This document shows positions 48,605 to 58,715 of a DNA stretch of 64,000 nucleotides, one piece after another. The notes under the pieces are model-generated. The model saw only the letters and a list, made by a program, of their open reading frames with translations. It was not told where the DNA came from and did not search any database. The translations under genes were made by a program, and so were the position numbers. Position 1 is the first letter of the stretch, and every line of letters starts with the position of its first letter. Origin of the DNA: Neodothiora populina (lineage: Eukaryota); contig NW_027191405.1 of the NCBI RefSeq assembly GCF_041146345.1, forward strand, positions 682,001-746,000, given 5' to 3'.

Positions 48605-49598
48605 GATTGACTCAAATAGTGGCAAAAGACGATGACGAATAGTTCTATGGTAATCAGATGCTACGGGTCACGGATAGCTTCAAGGCTCGCGCAAAGATTG
48701 GCAGGTCAAAGGCTATCCGTCCGTAATGCGGACAAGTCTTCAAAAGACTGCAGACAGTAACAGACTGCGAAGATCGTGAAAAGGGTAAGCTTGATAGCTT
48801 GGACGAACTCCCTCTTCAAGGAGATGATGGAGAAGAGTGATGAATCAATGCTAGCTATTGTCTTCTTTGCCCTCAATAAGCCCAAATGGCTACGCCCAGC
48901 GAATGTGTCGCGACACGTTCACGAATAGCTCTTATTTTATTCCCTGACCCCTCACTAAGTAATTTGCAGGACAGCGACTCCAAATCTGACCCAAGACTCC
49001 TTGTCTCTTTTTTCTGGATGAATTTTTTCTCAAGTGTTGGGGCACTTTGGTTGTATGACAATAAGACAGGCTTCTCGATTGAGTGTGCTCTGGCTACACA
49101 ATTCAGGCTGTGCGCCTCTGTTTGTTAGATTATATATTTTTCTCGTTTCTCAAGGTAGCGAAGCGGCTTAGATGAAGAGCGCGCAGGTGATGATTGTCGG
49201 AGGTTGCAGTGGGGTGATGAAGTTGCGCAGCAAGTGCAGTATAGAAGGTGATATGGATGCAAGAAGGATGTGGCTGGGGCTGAACGTGAAAGCTGCAGTT
49301 GCTGTTGCTTTGCAATAAACTTCCGCAAGTCTTGGCGGCAAATGCAAGTACAAGTACAATGGGGTTCCGGACCCTTGAAGCGCACGTGCCAATGACACCA
49401 TCCACGCTCCAGCTGATCCGGATGCCTTTAGTCCCTTTGTCCCTCTTTCTCCAGACTACCTGTTGCCTGTCACTCGCTCCCATACAGTAAATTATACTCA
49501 CCCAACTTATAATACACATAGCATATATCTGTGCTTGTACACGCTCATAAGCACATCAACAATCAAATAATTCCAGATCAGCAACTCCTCTTGCCATT

Positions 49599-49981
49599 AT
49601 GAAGTTCTCTCTGAGCCTCCTTTTGATCGCGCTGTTCGTCGCATTCGCCCTCGCTGCTGCACCCAACAAGCAGGTTATTGTCAGCTATCCCAAGGGTACT
49701 CCAGACTCGGTCATTGAAAAGGCAAAGCATGCCATCAAGGAAGCTGTAAGTTTGTCCTTGCATTCATATGCAAGAGGCTGCATGGACTGGCTGCAAGACT
49801 ACGAGCAGAAGTGCTGACTACTATCTAGGGAGGCATCATCACCCACGAGTACAACCTCATCAAGGCCTTCGCAGCATCTGCGCCAGCCAAGGTCCTAGAC
49901 ACCGTGCAGACCATGGGTGCCGAATATAATGCCGTTGTTGAGGAGGACCAGATGGTCTCCATCAATGGCCCTGCACACTAG
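49599..49981 (+). CDS. Small secreted subtilisin-propeptide-like peptidase inhibitor (I9), 2 exons
   Basis: Signal peptide MKFSLSLLLIALFVAFALA, then VIVSYPKGTP...KEA|GGIITHEYNLIKAFAASAP...VEEDQMVSI. Confidence 0.8.
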
Positions 49982-50632
49982 GTCATGTCATGATGCTAGA
50001 AAATGATACATGCATACATGGAACGGATGAATACGACGATCTTTGGGAAATTCACTGGTGTTACAAAGTGGAGGGTCTGGTTTCTGTTATCAGGGCGCAC
50101 ATGGGGTATAAATGGACTGGATATGAGAGGTGTTATACTTCACGGGACAGGGGCAGAGTAATAATCAAGTTCAATAACCGAGTGACTACGCCACTGCGAA
50201 GTGAACGTCATTACGGAGCAAAGAGGTCAGAGCCACAGACATTGATATAGTACAAGTCAATACTGGACTAACCAATATGGGCTCTATTTGTCACGTGACA
50301 TATCATGCAAGAAAGTTAACTACTTGTACTTGACACATATCGTGCAGTATCTCTAACCTCGACAATTCACGCATCCCTCTCCCTGCTGAGAGACATCTCG
50401 TGCAGTATCTTATGCAAGGGTTTGGAACCGTAGACAGTAACTTGTGATGATTCCGAAACCACTGAAGCGCTACTTCCGTGCCAGGCGCCCATGTGCGAGT
50501 GAACTTCATTGGGCGGACCTCGAGACATTTGTACCATTGCACTCATCTTGCGTATCACAATTACCTTATCATTCACCTTTTTGATTGGTAGACATTCCCA
50601 GCGGACGGGTGTACGACGGAGACTCACGAATA

Positions 50633-52396
50633 ATGGTGAATGACCCTACACCAAAATCCTCGTCAGAGGACACAACAAAGGTTGGTACCAATTTGATTTC
50701 TTATTTACATGTTTCATCATGCAAATGAATGATGATGAAATGGTCTGTCTGGCACCGTCCAATCTCACTCATCTTCACCTACTATCTCAAATCTCGTTTC
50801 ATGATTCTACAGAAAGAAAGACAATAAACCAAATTTCGAGAGAAGGTGGCAGTTAAGAAGAGATTACCCTACTAACGTAATATGTGCTCGTTATCACAAA
50901 GGCCCTCATGGCTACCGCCATTATGCTTCCAGTCACTGATTGGGACCCACGAAAGTCCATGGATGAGTTTGGGGTCATGGGCGAAAAGGATAAGATTGCT
51001 GCGATCATGAAGAATATGGACCGGCATCACAGGACAGTACGGTGAGTAAAGTCTGTGTAAGAAGGAACCTTGGACTACACAAAGTCGAAGGTGAAGGCAT
51101 CGTGAAAGTTCGGGACTGTGTATAGCACATTCGTCAAGCATGCACAAGTGGGGCAACATATCGGTGCGCTACGACTGATATCGAAACCAATATAGGAACA
51201 ACATCCTTGCTGTCAAACGGAGTTCACAAGACACCAAATTTCCCGATGAACACGACCGCCTCGAAGATGAGAGATCCCGACTCACTCTTTATCTATCGTC
51301 AGAAGCAGGGACGGCGCAGAGGAGTGCTCTCGCAAAGTCTCAAAAGGCCAGACCCGAACATGCATATGCAGCGCTCCAAACGAAAGTTCCACCTAACCAA
51401 GCGGGCGGGCTCAGTATCAGGCCAAGCAATACAAACTACCAACAGAAACTCATTGCTGCCCTCGACAAGGCGCCTCTGCCTCAGACTATTGACTTTGATG
51501 CTATTTCAGCACCAGCCGCCTCGGTATCGTTTGGACCAGAGGTCCCAGCATCGGGAGTGGTTTCAGACGCAACAGACGAAGCGATCGCGAATCAAGCCAT
51601 TGCTCTTGCGCTGTCACAGTATCAGAGTCTAAAAGTGTACGAACGCCACATGGCCCAGAGCCGTGAACACTATGCTCAATTGCAGCAAAAGTACAACAGC
51701 GGCGCCAGTAACAGCAAATTCACTCCGGGATCTGCATTTGCGGCAGGGCTTTCTTCTACAATTACCGCGTCCTCTATCTCCGCCGATGCTCGTCTCGCTC
51801 GTCGGCCAAGTCTCAATCCTCGTGCATCATCTGGCTTCCATTTTCTCCCGCCGATCCAGACCTCGGCGTCTTCCACCTCTGACAACGCCCTACCATCAAA
51901 AGTCGCGCGCACTCCAACCGTTACCTCTCCTTCATTCAAGACCAGCAACAAGACCAACCAAGACCCTCGACTAGCACTACAAAGAAGAAACTCAGCAATA
52001 TCCCCATCAACCCAGACCGTCAATGACCCATCCTATTCTCCAATGCAAGGAATAGAGCGCACAGTCTCGTCCATGGGGATCGGAAGCGGCGCTCCATATC
52101 CGGCTTCTTCGACCTCTGCGTCCGTTGTTCCGGCTCCTGCTGCTGTTCCTGCTCTGATGACTGGTGCTTCTTCTTCGTTTCCTGCGGCGGCGCGTGATGG
52201 GTCGTTTTCGGGATCCAGATCCGGGTCGCTCAGTGCGGCTGCTACTCCTGTTGCTCCTGTGGCGCCGATGTGGTGTTCTGGTGGTGCTGGGGAGACAGAT
52301 GATTTGTCGAGCAGGAGGTCGTCATCTGCTGCTGCTGCTGGTGGGGCGGGGTCTATGGTCGATGTGAGTCGGGATCCGAGACGGAGGAGGGGGTGA
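50633..52396 (+). CDS. Hypothetical low-complexity protein (exons 50633-50680, 50902-51041, 51196-52396)
   Basis: GTTGGT..TACTAAC..AAG and GTGAGT..TAG introns join the exons in frame. The protein ends in DVSRDPRRRRG. No family recognised. Confidence 0.6.
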
Positions 52397-52793
52397 TTTG
52401 AATGCGGAGAAGGGAGGAAGGGAGGAGGAGGAGGAGGCTAGAGGCTGTGTCTCAGCATAGGAATTGAGCGCAGGGTTTGAAAGCTGGAAAGTGTCTCTCT
52501 GTTCTTTATCTTCTCGGGTCCTTTTACAAGAGGAAGGGTCGCGGGTTTTAGCATGGAAGTAAAGGTCTTGCGTGACTTGTCTTTAATCCATGGAATAAGC
52601 CACTATTTAATCGTCTTATTTGATTCATTGTGTCTACCATAAGAAAGCATATGCTGGAGCTTTCTTCTTTCCGGTTCCTGTCAAGCTCTTTCGCCACTTG
52701 ATCTCTCTCCTTTCCCCCTTCTCTAAACCCGCACTCGGACTGCTATATCTCAAGCTCAAGCAAAGAAAAAGAAGAAGAAAAAGACTCTACTCT

Positions 52794-55663
52794 CTACCCC
52801 CCGGCAGCCCCACCACTCGAAGCCCCAGCCATGCCCTCCGACGCCATACTCAGCCTCGCACAAAGACTCAGGAAGACCACCGTCTCCGTGGCGGCGAGAT
52901 AGTTCAACGCGTCCAACAAAATCTTCAAATGCCGACTGAAATTCTCCTCGAAGCGCTTGAGGTTGTCGAGGAGTTTGTCGAGGCGGGCTTCTTGGTCTTT
53001 TCGTTGGGAGTCGGGGGTGGTGGCTGTGGAGGAAGAGGATAGAGAGGATAGGTCCGGGTCGCTGGCGGCTAGGTTGCGGCTGAGCGATGAGGTGTAGTTT
53101 GCGAACATTGTGCAGGTCGCCATTACTTTCGAATTTATCTTTGCGGGGTGTCAGTCTTTCTTTCGCGTGCTTTCTTGTGGGTGAGGGTGGGATGTGACGC
53201 GGTGGGAGGAAGGGTAAGGAGGAGAGAAAGGAAGAGAAAAGGGAAACATACGCGTAGGAGCTTCGAGTTCGTCAACATGCATTCTTTCAGGCACGTGGCG
53301 AGGAAATCGACGTGGTCTTGCATCAGTTCGTCGACTGTTCGCTTGACTTTAGTGGCTTTTCTTCCACTGCCATTGCTCGTGTCGTTCGCGACGGCTGTAG
53401 CAGCATCGTCTTCATCGGCGGCGTTATTATTGTTGTTGTTAGCGGCTGCGGGTTTGGCGTCACTGCCACCCACGCCACCACTGCTTTCTTCCTCTGCAGA
53501 GCCGAGTCGAGACATGAAAGCGATCCAATTGGGCTCAATGACCTCGTTCGTGCAGAAATACAAGAGCTGCTGCACGAAACACAGCATTCTGCTCCTCAGA
53601 CACCACGCTCTGCGTTTCCAGACTTCTATTCTGCGGTCCGAGGACTTGCGGTGCCAGGTGGTGACTTTGCTGTGTTCCGTCCATGAGCTGACCAGCAGCG
53701 TTTCCAGATGGCGCAGTGACAGGATGTATCTGTACAAAAGTTGGTATCTTGTCAGAGTGACTCGGGAGACGACTAGCGATAGAGGAAAAGGCACGGCGTA
53801 GTCAAAGGTCAGGGCCTCGAAGCCACTGATGTCTTTGTCGTCACCCATGACGCTCGCGGCAGCCGGCGCGTAGCTCGTGAGGCTACCGCCGTCGGCGTCT
53901 AGTCCCTTGACATTGACGACTTGCATCAGCCAGCCTGTCAGAGAGATGTCGCTCATTGTCACTTTGATGTCTTCTTTGAAAGGATCTTCGGCCGCCACAC
54001 TGCCCGGCTGACGCAAAACGATGTCCAGAAGAGACTGCAGCTTGCCGGTGTTGACTGATTTTGCGGGCTTCTTAAGCTCGGAATTGCTTAGCTCGAGGAA
54101 ATATGACAAGAAATCCGATCGGTCGAGGAAGAAGTAGTGTTTTAGACTTCGCAGGCGAGCGGGCAGGGCATGGGTTGTCAGAAGCAAAGTGAGTAGAGAT
54201 GAGTTGGCGAAAGCGTATGCACGATTGACATTGTCGAGAAAGCGCGGGTCGTCAAAGGTGTGAGGGAGGTTGGCGTCCTTGCCCATGTCCTTGCCGATGT
54301 CGACGCCACCGCACTCACGCACCACGTTAAGGTACTTGCCAGCGAGCAGGACCTTTTCCTTGACCGCTTCGAGTTGCGGAGGAACAACGTCGCCGCGGAT
54401 GGTGTAGCGCTTTTCCCAGTACTCGTCGGTGTAGTCCTGCTCGAGCCCTTCTCTTCGTATGCTCTTCTGTTCTTTGATGAGAAATTCAGAGTGTGGGTCT
54501 CGCACGTTGCCGTGATGCAGCCATTCATTCAACATGGCCATATAGGGCTTGGATGATTCGCGTAGTAATTTAGACAGCAATTCTCGGGCGGCTGGGTCTC
54601 CGGACATTGTGGCGAGACGCTTGGTGAGCAGACTCAGGACACTGCCACCTTTGCAGACCTTTTTGCCGACACTCGCAGCGTCCTTGGCCTCGCGCAGGCT
54701 CTCGAGGATGTTTTCGAAATCGTCCGACTTGTCCAGGTCGTCATCGTCATCTTCCAGCATCGAATTCGCTTTCAGGATCTCGTGGGCGACGCTGTACAGC
54801 TGGAACATCATGTGGCTGGTCTGCTTGGTGTGTAGACTCAGGAGGTGGAGTGTGAAGGCGGTGCTGGTCAACATCTGATGTTCCAGCTGAGCGATCAGGA
54901 TCAAATAGTCTTTGAGCAGCTTGCGCATGGCGGCGCAAAGGGCGTGGTTCACGGAACCAAACTCCTCTCTGCTCTGAACCTCGACAAAGGCCTCGATTGC
55001 GGCGTAGTGAGTGGCCATCTTCAGCATTGACGTGGTGAGGTCTCGCAGACTGGGATCCAGACCTGAGGATATGCGATACTGAGGACCGGCGAGTCGGCTC
55101 TTCTCCTTGAGCGGTTGGTAGGTGTCTGTGTAACGGACGTATTGGCCTTCGAAGCCCATAAAGACAAAGAGCATGTCGTCAATGACGGCGGCCTCTTGCT
55201 CGTCCAGAGACAGCTCGTGCAATGGCTTGGGCTGCAATGCGACAGGGGCATGCGCGGCCATTGGAGGAACAGAGACTCTCGAGGCCAGTGGAGCAGAAGT
55301 GTGCGGCATGAGAGAAGCTGTAGGCGTCCATGACGGCGCAGCTTCCTTTTTGGTCGCGGGCGCAGAGCTGCTGGCCCTGGATGGTCTCGCAGAGTCCCTG
55401 GATGATCGATCATTTGGGTTTAATGCGCCGCGCACACGAGTTGTGGTAGTGGTCGTGTTCCGTCTGAGGTAGTCATGTTGTTCGGTAGCAGTAGTAGTAG
55501 AGGCACGATAGTTGGGGGTCTTGCCGGCTGCCCGAGCCGAGTTTTCACGCTGAGCATCTTCTGAGGTTCCAATAGTGTTCGCGCGCGGGACTCGTTGGCG
55601 CACGCTGGCCGTCGTCCTCCGTTCAGCCGTGGTTGATGCGCGGGGTGGAGGATGAGATGACAT
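52794..55663 (-). CDS. SPC97: Gamma-tubulin complex component Spc97/GCP2 (2 exons)
   Basis: QEAAVIDDMLFVFMGFEGQY, DYTDEYWEKRYT, KVLLAGKYLNVVRECG, RSLKHYFFLDRSDF and YAVPFPLSLVVSR. Confidence 0.93.
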
Positions 55664-55969
55664 GGCAATCCGCAGTCATCTTCGCAGTGCCTTCAATTGA
55701 GATATATTCCGACTTTGTCTTCTTCCAGATAATCAAGAAGAAAGTGTTGTTATACTCCACTGCGGTGGTGCTGTAAATGCTGTAAACACGCAGGGCGACA
55801 ACGCGCGCAGCTCTTTTGATGCTGTGCTGTGTTGTACTGCTGGAGACTGCAATATCCCGAGGGTAACAGCAGGTCTCGAAGAGGAAGAAGCGATAAGATG
55901 AGATGTGGCTGTCCTGAAACGCTCTAGTAATCATGACATCTTGTCGTACAGTAATTACGAAGCTACTAG

Positions 55970-55995
55970 TTACTGTACAGTACAGTAAGGTACCG
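55970..55995. promoter_or_regulatory. TACAGTA-based motif in the SPC97/PUP2 divergent promoter
   Basis: TTACTGTACAGTACAGTAAGGTA (55970-55992) is repeated exactly at 58417-58439. Confidence 0.5.
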
Positions 55996-56216
55996 CAGGC
56001 AAACACCCAAGTGCGCAAGCTCGCCCATCATCATCATCATCATCATCACCCATTCACTCATACATCATATTGTCCATCAACCCACACCTTCTCGACTCAT
56101 CTCTTCCCGCTTCACCCACCATCCACTGGACTGGTTACCGCTAAAAACAATCACGACCAATCTTTGGAGAATCAACATTCAGAGTCGCTCTTCACGGCAC
56201 CAGCACAACCGCCATC

Positions 56217-57194
56217 ATGTTTATTGCGCGATCCGAATATGGTATTTGACTGACACGCTTTTCATTTGTTACAAAGATCCAGCAGTAGCTAACAAGCAAT
56301 ACAGACCGTGGCATCAAGTAAGACTGTTTCAATCGACTAACTCACCCTCCTCCTGCTCACATGATACCTCCAGCACCTTCTCTCCCGAGGGCCGTCTCTT
56401 CCAAGTGGAATACTCGCTCGAAGCCATCAAGCTCGGATCAACAGCAATAGGAGTACGCGAATATTTTCATGCCGACAGCAAAAAGAGCCATTCGTTGACG
56501 TAACCCTCTCAAACAGGTAGCGACATCAGAAGGTGTGATCCTAGGAGTGGAGAAGCGTGTGACGTCCAGCCTCCTCGAGACCAGCTCGGTAGAGAAAATC
56601 GTCGAGATCGACAGACATGTGGGAGCAGCCATGTCGGGACTCCAGGCCGACGCCAGAAGCATGATCGAGCACGCCAGAGTGACATCGCAGAACCACGCAT
56701 TCCACTACAACGAGCCCTTGAGGGTCGAGAGCTGCACCCAGGCCATTTGTGACTTGGCTCTGAGATTCGGAGAGGGCGCCGAGGGTGAGGAGAGCATCAT
56801 GAGCAGACCTTTCGGTGTGGCTCTGTTGATTGCCGGATTCGACGAGGATGGCCCCTCACTGTATGTCTTCTTTGCTTTTCGTATATGTCAGAGAGATATA
56901 CTAACGAGATGACCCAGTTACCACGCCGAGCCGTCAGGCACCTTTTACCGCTACGACGCCAAAGCCATCGGATCGGGTTCCGAGGGCGCGCAAGCAGAGC
57001 TGCAAAACGAATTCCACAAGTCGCTGACCCTGGCCGAGGCCGAGGTGCTGGTTCTCAAGACGCTGAAGCAGGTCATGGAGGAGAAGCTGGACTCGAAGAA
57101 CGTGCAGCTGGCCAGCGTGACCAAGGACAAGGGCTTCAGGATATACAAGGACGACGAGATGGCCGGAGTGGTGAGCAGACTCGACTCCAATTAG
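56217..57194 (+). CDS. PUP2: 20S proteasome subunit alpha-5 (5 exons)
   Basis: [50 protein letters not shown]..., [13 protein letters not shown] and [12 protein letters not shown]. Confidence 0.97.
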
Positions 57195-57582
57195 AGGGAG
57201 GGTGGACAGCAAAAAACAGAGTTTCTTTCCTGTTTCTGCTTTGTGTAGAAGCAGAAGAACGAAAATCACAGCACCCGACAAGCAGTAAACAATGTGTACC
57301 ATGCATTTGGGTGAACGGCAACACAGGAAGCATTCCCAGAGAGAGTAAAATCTCCGTCTTCTCACTCCCACCCTCTTATTCCAACTCGACTCTCAGATAC
57401 ACACCGTTCTTCTCATATGAATGTTTGTCCTTTGAAGAAAGCTGGCTGGCATAGAATGACCTCTCTAAGCGTACATGCACGTAGTGTATAAACGTCTCCC
57501 CCTCCCCTTCTCTACTTTTCCTCTCCTCTCAGTCCCTGATAATGTACAAATCAAACGGCATGTAGAGACGGCAGAGAAACAT

Positions 57583-58040
57583 CTAAAAGGGGTTGTCCTC
57601 GGGAGCAATCTCCTTGACCCAGTGATCACCGATGACGGGGATCTTCTGCATGATATCCTTGCGCACGCGGGGGATGTCGGCGAAGAAGAAGAGGGCGAAG
57701 ATGCCGGCCGCGACGCCGAATCCTGCTGCGGTCGTGCCGCTGTTGTTTTTGGTCCGTCTGTCAGCAATCTATAGAAACGAGAGTGGTGGAGAAGGGAAGT
57801 GGAAAAGAGAAAAAAAGACATACAATCCGAATGCGCGCTTGACGCTGATGCCGTGGAAGTTGGGCGCGATCTTGTAGTTGGGGCCGAACTTGCTCTTGTA
57901 TGTCTCGTAGTCGGGCAGTTGCTTCCACGGCTGCATGCCGTGGTGGCCGTCGTGCTGGGTGCCGAAGGCGGCCTGTAGTTGTTGCGCTTTTGTGTTAACC
58001 CTCTCTGTCTTTCTTTCTGTTCTGTTCTGGACGGGTGGAT

Positions 58041-58074
<34 letters not shown>

Positions 58075-58133
58075 GGTGGGAGGGAGGCGAGGAGAAGAGA
58101 AGGGCGTACCTGACGGGCTAGTGTCGACTGCAT
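57583..58133 (-). CDS. QCR10: Cytochrome bc1 complex subunit 10 (3 exons)
   Basis: YKSKFGPNYKIAPNFHGIS...AAGFGVAAGIFALFFFADIPRVRKDIMQKIP...EIAPEDNPF. Confidence 0.88.
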
Positions 58134-58372
58134 CTTGAGGACTGTGTTGTGTAGGAGAGGGCGACGAGGATGCGAGAGCAAGAGAGAATTGGGTTTTTGG
58201 CAGCGGGATACAGTGGTCTGGTCGGCGTCGACGTCGATTGTCGATTGTCGTTGCGTTTGGCTGGACGGAAACGGAATCGGATTCGCGGAAGAGGCCGTGA
58301 GAGGTGCAGGTGGTCAGCAATGTTTGCCTGAGGCTGCCTCGTCATTGAGCTAGGGCTGAAGATTACAATACC

Positions 58373-58439
58373 GTACAGTAAGGTACCGTACGGGCGCAGG
58401 GCCAGCATCTCCAAGTTTACTGTACAGTACAGTAAGGTA
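58373..58439. promoter_or_regulatory. Two TACAGTAAGGTA motif copies in the QCR10/CWC22 divergent promoter
   Basis: GTACAGTAAGGTACCG at 58373-58388 and the 23-mer at 58417-58439 both match 55970-55995. Confidence 0.5.
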
Positions 58440-58544
58440 TCTCACTGTATCATACACTGGACCTACTATACTGTATCGTAATAATACACCACTGTCACTG
58501 CAGCCTGCGCTGCTCCTTCCCTCACTGTGACCTTTGAGCTCTGA

Positions 58545-58575
<31 letters not shown>
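58545..58575. repeat. (CTG)n microsatellite upstream of CWC22
   Basis: About 10 perfect CTG units. Similar tracts: (CAT)n at about 56026-56049 and (GAT)n(GGT)n at about 58040-58079. Confidence 0.9.
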
Positions 58576-58577
<2 letters not shown>

Positions 58578-58715
58578 TAACGCTGCCACACCTTGACTCG
58601 TCCACAGTAATCCTAATCCAGAGATACTCCTGCTGCAGTAACTTCTGTTCATCCAGCACCACCACCATCACCACCGTCGTCTTCTTCACCTGAAGCAACA
58701 GAGAACCCTCCCGCA

